DNA of 57,810 nucleotides, filler included, from Porpidia crustulata (GCA_964255105.1; 5 parts of 5 records of this genome joined end to end with filler, not necessarily neighbours in it), one strand, 5' to 3'; positions 12,085-24,452 are shown, counted from the first letter of the whole stretch. Numbers and translations: made by a program. The notes: generated by a model not told the origin, from the sequence alone.

Positions 12085-12680
12085 GGTCGAGTTTCAGGAT
12101 CCAAAACTAGGATTGAGTGATAGAATTGAAGGATCACAGGACCCAAAATGAGCTCGGAGTCTGACGATACTCGCGATATAAAGGAGCAGCCAGCTCGACC
12201 AGGCTGCAGTAAAGTGTCAACAATGGGTACAAGAAGCAGGGAAGCCTGGAAAGTTGAAGCTATGTTGGTATCGTTGGGAGAAAAGGCTTTACATTGAGCT
12301 GGATACAAAAACGATAGTAGGATGAAAGCAGCAATTGCTTCAGTGCAAACTCACTCAGCCCATGATGTCGCAGAAATTGTCGTGTTGATTGAGGCTGACG
12401 CAACTCGCGATTGCTCCCGAGCCTTGCCGAGACTCGTAGGGCTGTCCTATTTATGGGCCGCCATGATGATCAGCTAGAAGCTATCGAGAAGAAGACATCT
12501 TTAACGTCGAACAATCCACCAGCCAATGCGTCACCTTCAATACAGGAAGTACGATTTTGGAGAAGAAGATGAGCCGTCAGATTTGAGATGGACGTTCCAT
12601 TAATTCCGTCGTACACACTTGTTGTGTTTCTGGGTATAATACTAAAAGCACAATGTCTCCATAACACGATTCCCAAACCA

Positions 12681-13903
12681 CTAAACAGCGTTTCCATTTT
12701 CAATAACTTTCTCCTCCTTGGTAAAGACTTGCTCGTGATCTATTCTCGTTGGTGTGTTCTCCTCCTCTGGAGCGGCTGTCTTCTGATCCGCCGGCAGGAC
12801 TCCCTTTTCTTCGTCTGGACTGTTATTCCCTGACGAACCCCCCTCCGGAGCGTTATCAAAGACATCTCCTTCGGTATTGATTTTCCGAGCTATCATTCCC
12901 TCCTCTTTTCCTTGGTCCCCTTTGTTGCGGCCAGAGTAGTCGCCTGGACCTTTGCTCCCGTCTGGCACATGGAATCTCAAATCCACCCTCACGACAACGT
13001 ATAGAATGAGAACCAGGATTTCCACCGTAAAGTTGAAAATATAGAAACACGCCTTATTGTAATAAACCGGAGGGCTATTGATTGGACGAGGAGTCTTGAA
13101 ATTCGTGCCCAAGCGGAAGGTAGCTCCTAAACAAAGCAGGAAGGTGGCGGAGAGAAGGATGGCAATTTTTGATCGCCACCTGCCACTGCCAAACTTCTCC
13201 ACGTGACTCTTACGTGGTACCATGAGACCGACGAGAACGATTGGAATTGGCAAGAAAGAGACAATTGCAAACAAGGTCTGGCCGTACAATTGAATGTCTC
13301 GATCTATTCGCCTGGTATTGAGATTCTGGGTGAAGAAGCTCTGGATAGTGGCAGTGATTAACATCACAAGACTGACAACGATCAGGACGTATATGGTGAT
13401 AAAGCCACGGCGAAATAGTGGGTGCCAGCCACTATTCGGATGCCAGGCTCTCATTATCCTCTGGGCAAAGATCAGGTTGATTATGAAAAGTAGGACGACA
13501 CCAGCGGCGACGAAGATGTTGGCGGCAATCGCAAGTCGTACATTGGTCTCGCGCGTCGCCCAAGCGATTCTCAATACGCAAGTGCTTATTCGAGCCATAC
13601 AAAATCCAAACATCATGCCCGACATGAGGAATTTATGACCTCGCCTCATGTTGACTTGCAGGATCGTCATGTTCGCAACGGCTCCGATAATGAACAAGAC
13701 CAAGAAGACCGCAGTAATTGGTACATCCACGCCTATGGTTGGTCTCCCGCCGAGACTGGCATTTTTGGGGGCATATGGTCCTGAACCAGGCTGCAGTGGG
13801 GCTTCGCTGGTAGCCTCCTGATAGTATCAAAATTAGTAAATGGCTTACTTCGGTTGAGATACAGCAGAATACTCACTTGTCGAGCCAGCAGTATGGAGTC
13901 CAT
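12681..13903 (-). CDS. Fungal multi-pass membrane protein (DUF3112-like)
   Basis: Exon 13903-13877 (MDSILLARQ), GTGAGT..CAG intron, exon 13817-12681; about 7 hydrophobic segments; GHKFLMSGMMFGFCMARI, NLIFAQRI, CFYIFNFTVE..RVDLRFHVPDGS motifs. Confidence 0.8.
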
Positions 13904-14714
13904 AGCTTGGTTGATGATTATATTAATCTATGCTGAGAATCAGTATGAAACTCAAGGCAGAGCTCACTCGTGGCCTTTATAGAAATCAATACAGCGCGCC
14001 ATCGGCCTCGCTCTTATACAATCTATTGCTGGAGTCGCATGGCTGAAAGGATGCGAGGGTGGGGAGCTAGGGAGCTTACTAGTGGTCAACGACAATGAAC
14101 AATAGCATTTGAATTTCTATGGCTGCCTTAGGGACGGTGAAAGGGCCATGCATGTTTCCACGGGTACAAGCATGATGCGTCTCGAAAGCAACGTTGTCAG
14201 AGTCAAAAGCCGCGTCCATATGCAGAGTTTCCGGCTTCGGCTTTTGCATGACAGCGAAGCTAGAAGGTATGACATTTAACTCCGGGTTCTGGCCCCTACC
14301 CTCGCTAAGCTACCTTGCCTTGTCAGGCGAGCAGCGAGCTCATAAGAAGCCCATCCCTTTCTGCCATCATATTAATATCTCGCACTTATCGTGAGCCCGA
14401 GTTTTCAGACTCGAGGGTAATCGTGCGAGTCCTTCAACAACAATCCTTTCACCTTTTCGTCCCAAAGTCATGACCGTGAAGCCCACTTATGGGTCATCGC
14501 CTGTATTGCTATAGATAGTTAGCTTCGGAGAAAGTCAACACCCGATCCCACATGCACTATCTAATACTATTTGGGCTTAGGGGTAATCACCAGATCGGAG
14601 TTTAGATGGAATCCAAATTATATCCGACTGGAGAGGCAAACACTACTTGATGGATGGAACTCATTCTGTCCTGAGTCCAGTCCAGAGATCATGCTATGTA
14701 TATGACCTCCCCCA

Positions 14715-16202
14715 TTAGCATCCAAATATTTTGGTGGTACTGACATTGATCCGACTCCATTTGCGGCGATGGTAGATACAGGCGAGAAATTGGCCGGGCC
14801 AGTACACATGGTATAACCACCACCAAGGCAACGGGTCCCATATCTCATATGTTCCATCTCTCCAGAGCAGGAGATGTTGTAAGAAATCAAAGCAGCCATT
14901 CGCCCATTCAAGCAGCGTCGCCTTGCCTAGTAATATCTGTATCAAAGGCCACAGTACAATTGTGACCAAATCATGGCCGACCCAGTAGTATTTCGGCGGC
15001 TTCTGCGTGGCCACTATCTGCTCCTCGTAAAGTCTCCGGTTCCCATTCATCTCTGTCGCCAAGGCGCTCATGTACGCTTGCGCCATCTCAGAGCTCTGCC
15101 CATTGAACAGGACAACCGCGGTGTGCGCTCGTGGGTTGCATTCAATTGGTTGCAGGACAGTCTCTACCCCTTTCTCGGTCGCAGTCTCCTCGGCCAGGAA
15201 GTCGAACGATAGGTGGCCGGTCATGCCTCCTCCGTTGCGGGAGACGAACTCCTCGGTGAACTTGAACATGGCCTGACTGAGAGCTGACTCCGTGGGCAGC
15301 GCTTTGTAGTGCATCAAGAGCTCAAGAGAAGGGCATGCAACAAATGCTTTCACCTGGCCATTGACTACAAGAGCATGCGTGCAGTACTCTTTCCCATGTA
15401 TGAACTGTTGTAGGACCCAAGGTTTTTCGCTCGATATTGCAATATTGGAAATATGATTATATGTCTCACTGAGAGTCCGTCGAGGCAAGATCGTCATGTC
15501 TCCTCTACTCGCATCATCCACCCCTACGCTTTTCATAATGTATTTCTTCTTTTTCGTCCCATGTAATACCCGATGGACTGCTGTTCTCGAAGTGACGTCG
15601 TAGGTCTCGGGGGTGGGAAGACCCAGGCTTTTTGTCTGATGGATAAAGGTATGCTTTTCATGTAGCATTGCGGTAGTAGCGATATCGAATTGGATAGCCT
15701 TACAACTTGTTTCCCGCTCGACAGCCTCTTTCGCTTCCCCGTCTTCTACCGCCGAAGCAACACCCGAGCAGCTGACCCAAAGATCTATTTTCTCCCTTCT
15801 CACAATCCTCAATAGATTATATATGTAGCAGGCCGAGCCGTCCTCCTCATTGGGCTTCGGTAATGCATAGAACTTCTTCAATGCCCTCGAGAATCTGCCA
15901 TTGACAGGCACACTGTGCGTTTCGAAATCCGCTCCAATCACATCATGTCCTGCCTGATAGAATAGTCTTGCCAACGACAGCCCTTTGGCCATTCCCACCC
16001 CAGTGACCAGTATCCTCCTCGGTTGGAAGTTGGCGGATTTGAGCGCTTTGCGCCTTTGCGTTGCAAGAGGTGCGATGAGGGTTTGTAAAGCATAGCTGTA
16101 TATTAGGATCAAGGTGTCTATGGGTAAAAAGAGGAGACTGAGTAAGACCAGAGAAGCGTTTTGGGTAAAATGGAGGTGCCATGAGGAATGTCCGTCAAGC
16201 AT
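14715..16202 (-). CDS. mysC: ATP-grasp C-N ligase of mycosporine biosynthesis (MysC-like)
   Basis: About 495 aa from ATG 16202; ILVTGVGMAKGLSLARLF, LHEKHTF, YIMKSVGVDD, PWVLQQFIHGKEYCTH, TGHLSFDF, PIECNPRAHTA, WDPLPWWWLYHVYWP; adjacent to DDG synthase. Confidence 0.92.
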   Translation of the reverse strand: MLDGHSSWHLHFTQNASLVLLSLLFLPIDTLILIYSYALQTLIAPLATQRRKALKSANFQPRRILVTGVGMAKGLSLARLFYQAGHDVIGADFETHSVPVNGRFSRALKKFYALPKPNEEDGSACYIYNLLRIVRREKIDLWVSCSGVASAVEDGEAKEAVERETSCKAIQFDIATTAMLHEKHTFIHQTKSLGLPTPETYDVTSRTAVHRVLHGTKKKKYIMKSVGVDDASRGDMTILPRRTLSETYNHISNIAISSEKPWVLQQFIHGKEYCTHALVVNGQVKAFVACPSLELLMHYKALPTESALSQAMFKFTEEFVSRNGGGMTGHLSFDFLAEETATEKGVETVLQPIECNPRAHTAVVLFNGQSSEMAQAYMSALATEMNGNRRLYEEQIVATQKPPKYYWVGHDLVTIVLWPLIQILLGKATLLEWANGCFDFLQHLLLWRDGTYEIWDPLPWWWLYHVYWPGQFLACIYHRRKWSRINVSTTKIFGC

Positions 16203-16664
16203 GACGACAAGCGAGACCGGGGTCCTAGAAATTATGATCGTCAATTCTAGTGGAGACCACACTGAAGATTCCACTGTCGCTCTTCATGCAAGATGAGGTG
16301 AGAGAGCTTACCTAGTTCAGTCTCAAAAGCTGGAGGCCATAGGGTATGAAGGTACGTCATAGAGCTACAACTTCGGTACCAAAGGGTTCGTCTGGGCAAG
16401 CGAGGCAAGGCACCAAGATATGATAGGATCATGAGCGACTCACTGTACAAGGTATGTCGACTCTCACGTGAAGATATTCACTGCGCTTTGGATAAGCAAA
16501 ATTCACCGTCAAGCTCACGTAAGTACCTCATATGCGCATGTCATGTTTGTTGACGGTTCGTCAAAATTTAATCATCTAAATAATTCTAACAATCGAACTT
16601 TTGTCTTCAAAATATCCTCCTTCCCATGGTGCCTTCTTTTAGATTAGCATCTTCAATTGAGGAC

Positions 16665-18401
16665 TTATGCTCTGGAACCATTGGTATAACCAGTGGAACC
16701 ATTTGTAATTCCATCTAACCCACAATTTGCAAGTTTCTCCTTGATACCCTCAACACCGTTCGCATGGCCATTGGTGCCGTTGGTGTGGTCGCTGGTACCG
16801 TTGGCATGGCCATTGATGCCGTTACTATAGCCATTGGTGCCGTTGCTATAGCCATTGGCGTGGCCATTGGTGACATGACCGCCGTGAACGTGGCCGTTAC
16901 CATTCAAGCTTCCAGCTGCTTCGGCGGCAGTCTCGATCGCTTCAACTTCGGTTTTACTGTTGTCTGTATAGCCGGTGTCACTGGCATCAACGTATGCCTC
17001 AAGACCCTCACCGTTGCGAGGATACTCTTTCATGATCTGCTTGTGTCGACGCAGGGCAGCGTTTAGCTCTTTCGCTTCAATATCGTTGATGAACGTGCAA
17101 GTTCCGATGGGGTTCGGGACAGCTGCCCTAAGCTTACCATCCCGAGTCTTTAGAATAGCGGCGGTCCCCTTATCGAGAATGTCTTCATCGAACATATGAT
17201 GGTCCATCGATAAACCAGCCCGCGAGAACAAGTTTAGGATGCGGCGATGTTCGGCATCACTGATCAATCCTCTAGAATTAGCTAGCGTAGCTGAGTAGGC
17301 CATGTCTATGGATATGGCGTGACCGTGTCGCAAGGGTGTCTCAGGAACCAATTCATGCATAGGCGACCATCTACAACAATGTCAGGAATTGCACGAAGCC
17401 CGGATACATGCTTTACTTACGTGTGGCCGTATGCGATAACTCTATCCAACCCGATCTCGTGCAGGTTCGGAGTTTCGAGTTTTAGCATCTCATGTATACC
17501 CTCCTTATTGATCTTGTCCGCGGCATCTCGAACCTCTTGTGGCCCACCGTCGGTCCTCCCGAATCCAGTTGCGATCAACTGCTCGCAATACTTATCAAGC
17601 AAATCAAAGGTGTCCAAATGCGAACAAGTTGAGATTTTGATCAACTCAGCGAACCCGTTCCTGATCTGTGCAGTAGGTAGGGTTCGTAGGAAGGTGAAGT
17701 CAAGGAAGGTGTGCATTGGTGCATGGTACGCACCAAGGCGGTTCTTGTAGTTGCCGTAGTTGACTGCGACCTTGATCGACACCGAAGCGTCTATCAGACC
17801 AATGACAGTGGTTGGGACTCGGATGAAGTTAGTGTTCCTCCGGTACGCAGCGCAAGCGAATCTGCAAGAACAACAATGTCAGCGCATTTTCTGAATCAAG
17901 CGGTAACTGTTAGGAAATTGATGGGAGAGTGCCTTGATATAATCTCTGGCAATGGCATAGTTTTTACCCGGCAACATCGGTAACCAGGCCACCACCAACG
18001 ACCAAGACAGGCTCCTATTCCATGTTAGTGAAACCACCGGCAGAGCCATGTTCATAGCCAACGGCGAGTACCTTTCGATAAATGCCAAACTCCGTCATCG
18101 AGTCCACGATGCTCAAAAAGGTAGGGATAGTTTTGGCCTTCTCTCCAATCTTGGTCTTGTGGACTTTCAGCTCGAGATTATAGTGTTTGAAGTATTTCTC
18201 AATCTGTTCCCCGTAAACGTTGTAGACGTTCATGTCGGTCACTGCCAGCACACGCCCCCAACGCTGATAGCATTCGGCCAATTGGCGATTCTCTGGGTTA
18301 AAAACTCCGTCAAGAAACGTGAAGTCATAAGAAATCTTCTCGTAGCCATCGACATGGAAGCCATTCTTCGTCTCTAGCACGGTTGCAGTGAAGTCCGACA
18401 T
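16665..18401 (-). CDS. mysA: Demethyl-4-deoxygadusol synthase (sedoheptulose-7-phosphate cyclase, MysA-like), 507 aa
   Basis: Exons 18401-18072, 18014-17968, 17861-17421, 17370-16665 splice in frame; [64 protein letters not shown] match DDGS rather than EEVS or DHQS. Confidence 0.95.
16753..16905 (-). repeat. Imperfect ~21-nt tandem repeat encoding an NG/H-rich tail of DDG synthase
   Basis: Repeated gccattg(g/a)tgccgtt units on + strand; protein [38 protein letters not shown]. Confidence 0.85.
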
Positions 18402-19752
18402 GTTGAATATTGTCGAATAGAATCTGCTGTGGTTGACGAAGGAAGGCAGAAGTTTTGTAGCAAGAGTATGAAGGAGTCAACAAGGGGGATGAAGCGGTAT
18501 AAGAAGCTTCATGTCAGAGGCCACGGGGTTTTGTGATTCGTTGTAATGAAGTAATGATATTCCCTGCTCCAACCCGAAAGGGTATTCCAGAAGTCTAACC
18601 TGAGTTGTGAGAATCATAGGTACTCGGAGCCTGAAGTCTAGTACAAAATGGTTTGCCCTTGGGTCTTTCTGTCATCATCCTTCCTCTATCTTCCCTTCCA
18701 AAAGCCGGCCCAGAACAGGGGAGTTTGAGCATCCGACAGATCTCGCAGTATAAGACCCCACCCACTACTGCAAGTACATTGTACTTGGCATATGGAGGTA
18801 CATACAAAGATCGGAGTTCATGATGGATTGATTGACTCATTGCCCACCACAACCCCTGGAGCCATTGGTATGAGCTTCCAATCAGAGAATGGTGATGCAC
18901 CATTACCGGCTTAGGAGACACGCTTGACGAGATTTACTCGTACGATTGCTGGGTAGCGGTACGCTTGTTGCGGTGGGATGCGGGATAGTTCTCGTAAATG
19001 GTATAGAGTAGTATTGACATCATGATCTACTAGCAAATTTGGTTGATTTTTGTCTTTTCCAGATCCCCCCAGAGTCGATTGCGTGTGGGGTCTCGGGTAG
19101 ATAGAGTTATCGTTCCCACACGCCTGGAAGCGTGTCAGGTGATAGCAACGGCAGATGGCGAAATAAATGATTCAATTCGCATAACGTTCGAGCTCGATTC
19201 GATATTAATGAATTCGGTCAATGACGCCACTATAGCAATATGCCAATCATGCATATGCGAATCAGTGCTAAATCTCCAACCAGTGAGCAACGACGATGAC
19301 CTCAACCGACATCGGCAAAGTGAAATACAGCTGCATAGGAAGGTGGGCATATACGTAGCCATGGTGCGATGGTGTTAGGGATTCAACCATATATGCGGTA
19401 ATTGAGAGATTTAAGTGGATGATCCGCCCATCCTAAGCCCAGTAAGGCTAAGACCCCGGTACTTCCCCCCCCAAGTGAGGGGTGAGGGGGTGTCCCTGCT
19501 TAAGATTTTCACGCCCCGCAATGGCCCACTAGAGTTTGGAGGTAATGAAATTGAATATTCCCAGGGAGTAAAGATGATGACGGAGGATATATTATCTCAG
19601 ACTCGCACGTGAAGACAATCTATGTCATAAGAAAAAGAAATTTTAGAGGAGAGTCATAGATCATCGTGCAGCTTTGCAGACCAACAAAAATCATAGACAA
19701 TATCAAAATCATACCAACAGGTATTAGGACTTCTAGTAAAAAGGTTGCACCG
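18402..19752. promoter_or_regulatory. Divergent intergenic/promoter region shared by DDG synthase and O-methyltransferase
   Basis: Head-to-head ATGs at 18401 (-) and 19753 (+); five AGGGG/CCCCT (STRE-like) pentamers near 18483, 18717, 18853, 19478, 19485. Confidence 0.6.
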
Positions 19753-20752
19753 ATGCCTGGAACGACAATGCCACCGGGAGCGCAAGCCAAATTTGACGAC
19801 AACAAAGCCTATGTGGCGCAGGAGGAAGAGGGCCAATCATTCGTACGCACATCTTGCCTGATTATCGTGTCGCTCCTGATCCAAGGGAGCAGTTTGATGA
19901 TGGCCGAGAAATAGAATTGCTTCATTTTGTATATGGCCATCCTTCGATCTCTCGAATACGTGGCTCGCCAAGTCGGGTGTTGCAAGCCATTGACGAATAT
20001 GGCCGGACCCAAAAGTACCTGATGAATGTCGGTGATGACAAGGGTAAAATCGTGGCGGGTCTAATTGAAGAAGTAAAGCCGCAGATAATGGTAGAGCTTG
20101 GAGGTTATATCGGATATTCTGCGTTGCTTTTTGGCGATGCCGTTCGAAGGGCTGGAGGGAAAAGATATTTCAGCTTGGAAAGAAATCCGGAGTTCGCAGC
20201 GGTAATCATGTCCTTGGTCGACCTCGCCGGGTTGAGCGACGTTGTTAAAGTGATTGTCGGATCAAGTGCAGAATCCATCAAGAGGTTGCACTCGGAGGGT
20301 GTGATCCGCCACATTGACCTGATGTTTCTCGATCATTACAAGCCCGCATATACCACAGACTTGAAGCTTTGCGAACATTTCGGACTTGTGACGCCTGGAA
20401 CGGTGATGGCAGCGGACAACGTCATCAAACCAGGTAATCCGCCATATCTTGAATACGTTCGGAGTAGCGTACAAGATAAGCGACAAAGATATGCCTCCGG
20501 GGAAACAGGTGGGGGAGACGTTGACGGATTCGCAAACCGAATTAAAAACCAATATTTGGCTCGAGAAGGTGAGGAACGCTTGAGTACAGAAGTCAAGGGA
20601 AATCCAAACCTGATATATTCGAGCAAGCTTGTCAACAGCTTTGAGCCAACAGGAGTCCCTGTGAGTTTGAAAGCCTCGAAAGGACGGAAGTTTATGCTAA
20701 TATATTAAAGGACGGCGTGGAAATAACTCGATGTGTTGGTGAAGAGAAGTGA
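19753..20752 (+). CDS. mysB: SAM-dependent O-methyltransferase, catechol-OMT-like (MysB role), 299 aa
   Basis: Exons 19753-19842, 19893-20660, 20711-20752; LMNVGDDKG, MVELGGYIGYS (motif I), MFLDHYKPAY, AADNVIKPGNPPYLEYVR; divergent from DDG synthase. Confidence 0.92.
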
Positions 20753-21489
20753 TCGGAGATAACATGAACTCGTATTGACGGCAGTCGAGATTGTCGAACT
20801 CATGCTCATCCACACCTTCCAGCGGACAAAAAAACCAGATCCCATCGGTGTGCCTCGAGTAGCCAAGCATCACCGTCAATGGCCTTGTTTGTGCGCCTCA
20901 ACCAGTAACCTGTTGATGTTCAGCGGTTGAATATTCGGGTTTGTAAAGTAATGAGTGTCCAGGTTGGACATAGTAAGCCTATTAGTTGCAAGTAGTCGAA
21001 GCAGTGAACCACCGCGTTGGTCCAAATCGCGAGACTTACCCCACCGAGGGTAAGACTCAAAGACAGCGTTGATGCAAGGTCTACTTATTTGGCCGAGAAG
21101 CTCTCGGCAGATGAAACTTTGAGTTTGCAAATGACATTATCGCTATACTAATCAAAAGACGGTGCCTTTCGTGAGCTTGTGAGATTGCGAAGGCAGCTTT
21201 CTCGGCCTCCGTAAATTGTTTAATTCCCAAAACTCTGTTGATGTGCCCCGCTCTTAGACTACGAGACTATCTAGAATTTCTTCAACGTTGGGCCGAGTAT
21301 GCCGAATCAGCATCCAGAAATGTACAAGCCATCAGCTGTCGCGACGCCCTTTCTACGAATTTCGTTGTACGTCCTTGACTCTGGCTGATAGATAAAGACT
21401 GGAGCTCCCATTACTCACAGAATTCGTATAAAAGTGCCTTGATCCCATTGATCAATTCGAGGATAAAGGCTAACGTGCAGCAGCTCTCA

Positions 21490-22666
21490 ATGGCAAAGCA
21501 ATACAATGTAGCAATCATTGGATATGGCATGTCTGCCAAAGTCTTCCATATTCCTCTGATCACCGTCGTCCCGGAATTCAAATTGTATGCTGTCGTTCAA
21601 CGAAACCCAAAGGTCGACGATGATGCGCAGAAAGATCATCCGGACATCAAGAGCTTCAGGTCGACGGAAAAGATGTTGGAGGACTCTACGGTCGATGTGG
21701 TCGTAGTGACGACTACACCGCAGACCCATTTCGAATTGGCTAAGATCGCTTTAGAGCATGGCAAGCATGGTACGGTTCCTTCCACTCGGACGCTCATCGG
21801 AACGTCAATTGAGTATGAGTAGTAATCGTGGAAAAACCTTTCGCGCCAACCTCGAAAGAATGCAATGACTTGATTGCTATCGCCAAGAAACACCAGCGCC
21901 TCTTAATCGTCTACCAGAGTTAGCAATTCCAGCCTGCTTAGGCTACCTACCTCGTTGCTAAAACCGTTCAGATCGTCGGTGGGACTCGGATTTCTTGACG
22001 CTCTGCGAGCTTTGCAAGAATGGTACACTGGGTAGAGTCGTCGACTTTGAAACGCACTTTGACCGTCATCGGCCCGAAGCTCCCCCGACAGGCGGATGGA
22101 AGACAAAAGCCCTTCCCGGCGGAGGCGCCATCTACGACTTGGGCACCCACCTCATCGATCAAGTAGTCGTACTCTTCGGAATACCGTCTCGAATCACGGG
22201 CTTCGTCGGCTCGCACCGCGCAAGCAACCCGGGTGGTTTCGAGGATTCCTGCACCGTCCTATTACACTACGACGGCATGACCGCGACCGTCAAAGCCACC
22301 GTCGTCAGTCCCGAAGTCGAACAGCTCCGCTACTGGATCAGAGGGGAAAAGGGCAGTTTCATGAAATACCACCTCGACGTCCAAGAGGACCACCTCAAAG
22401 CCGGGAAGAAACCCGGGGACGTCGGGTTCGGGATCGAGACAGGAAAAAGCCACGGATACCTGACGACGATCAAGGACGGCCGGCCATCGCGAGAAGTCCG
22501 TCAATTGAACGAACCGGTAACGTACAGCGCTTTCTACAGCGAGTTCGCCAGTGCGTTGGCCGGAAAGGGTGAGGTGCCCGTTAAGCCCGAGGACGCGAGC
22601 GCGGTGATTCGATTGATTGAGCTGGCGAGGGAAAGTTCGCAGGAGGGAAGGACGTTGGATGTGTAG
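21490..22666 (+). CDS. Gfo/Idh/MocA-family NAD(P)-dependent oxidoreductase (YdgJ/IolW-like)
   Basis: Exons 21490-21769, 21823-21918, 21972-22666; VAIIGYGMSAKVFH, GKHVIVEKPF, VYQNRRWDSDF, GGAIYDLGTHLIDQ. Confidence 0.92.
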
Positions 22667-23101
22667 AATATGGTGTCTTCAGCTTCGACCAGCATTTATA
22701 AACTAATTTCATTGGCTTGAAATCCTGTGAAAAGCCATGAAAGCTAGATCGTTTCCCGCATTACTCGTTCATCTATCCAACTTCACTCGAAGCCGTTCAT
22801 CCATTCATTCCCTATAACCTCCACTAAAAGCCCCCATCAATTTCTTGCCCCCTCAACCACAAACAATCCCGCCACCTACACTTCCACAAGCCCATCATCG
22901 TCATCAGAAGATATCTATTAGGAAAAGACGGTATAAAATACATCGGACGTACGAGATGAGACTGTGATAATATTGATATCACAACTTACTTGAACCCCCT
23001 GAGAAATGGATATCCTCTTCCTACCTCTTCCTTCATCCTACCATGCCCGCACTCAGCAAATCTAACCCTCAAACTCCCAAACTCCCAAACCTCCTATACA
23101 T

Positions 23102-23201
23102 NNNNNNNNNNNNNNNNNNNNNNNNNNNNNNNNNNNNNNNNNNNNTTAATTAATTAANNNNNNNNNNNNNNNNNNNNNNNNNNNNNNNNNNNNNNNNNNN
23201 N
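23102..23201. other. Artificial contig spacer
   Basis: N44-TTAATTAATTAA-N44. Confidence 0.97.
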
Positions 23202-23218
23202 CCCCTAACACCACTCTG

Positions 23219-24124
23219 TTAACAATTGCAAGCACCCCCTCCCTGCGTTCCCGGCGCCTCCGGTCTCAAATCCACCCCCGGCCTTGGGTTCCTCATATTC
23301 CTCGTTCCCGCCTGCTCCAGCGGCAGCTTCCTAGCGATCGCCGTAAACAGTTCCCTTACGTTCTCGGCTGTCTTGGCCGAGGTCTCGAAGAAGAGCAGGC
23401 CGGCTTCTCGGGCGTATGCTTCGGCGTCCGAGGTCGTGATGGCGCGTTTGTCCGGGTATTCGGCGACGAGGTCGAGTTTGTTGCCGGCGAGAGCGATGAT
23501 GATATTTTCGTTCGCTTGGCGTTGGAGCTCTTTTACCCAGGCTTTGGCTTTGTCGAGGGAGGACTGAGTGGTGGGTTTAGTACGTGCCTTTGGAGGGAGT
23601 AGGACAGGGGACAGACGGCTTGTGTGATGTCGTAGACGACGACCGCACAGTTGGCATTTCTATAGTACATGGGTGCGAGGGATTTATAGCGTTCTTGGCC
23701 GGCGGTATCCCATATTTCGAATTTGACTGTGGTGGTATCGTCGAGAGAGATGGTTTGGGTGAGGAAAGCGGCGCCGATGGTTGACTCTCGGTAGTCATCG
23801 AATTGATCCTAAATGATAGGTTTAGCATTGCATAGGAGTAGAGCCTGAAGGTGATGCAGAGCAAATCCGACGGTTATGCACCGACCTTGACAAATCTTAA
23901 TACCAGCGAACTCTGAGATGGACGGGTCAGCATGATAAACGTCCATAGCATGGGTCAGGACGTAAATTCACCTTTCCAACGGCCGATTCTCCTGCAATAG
24001 CCGTCAGTGATCTGCTTAAAGTAAAGCAGAGATGATAGCGCAGTGAGAACCTACCGAGTAAAACGAGCTTGAATTGGGCAAACCGAGCTCCTGGTCGTTG
24101 ACCCGTCTGCATACGGGACGACAT
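23219..24124 (-). CDS. YPT52: Rab5-family small GTPase (Ypt52/Ypt5-like), multi-exon
   Basis: [68 protein letters not shown]-terminal CNC prenylation motif and TAA at 23221-23219. Confidence 0.93.
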
Positions 24125-24452
24125 ATTGTAAGGTTCTTTCAAGCAAGATGCGGGTGGTAAAGGATCAAGTAAAGGAAGGATTTCACTAAGTCTGCCAGAG
24201 ATTTCGAAGTAGTTGTAGATGTTTAATGATCGATGCAGCTCTTTGTGATGCCTTGAGCACACTAGCGGCGAAAGTGACGATGCGCCAGCGGAGCCGCAAT
24301 CACCAACTCCGAAGCCCACGTTTGACGTACACTTCATACGACTTCCCGCTCTGGACAACAAAAACTCTGACACAATGGAACGAAGATTTCTGATCGGGAA
24401 CGAACCCTACTCATAATCACTCCGTCAGGCATATTCCAACCACGTTTTCACA

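Noticed and set aside
16665..18401. Annotation as 3-dehydroquinate synthase or 2-epi-5-epi-valiolone synthase
   Set aside because: [11 protein letters not shown] and YGHTWSP motifs plus OMT and ATP-grasp neighbours fit DDG synthase; fungal DHQS is normally part of the pentafunctional AROM protein
9920..20752. Tautomerase, sugar porter and MBOAT as part of the mycosporine cluster
   Set aside because: They are separated from the cluster by an artificial contig spacer at 11504-11603, so linkage is unsupported
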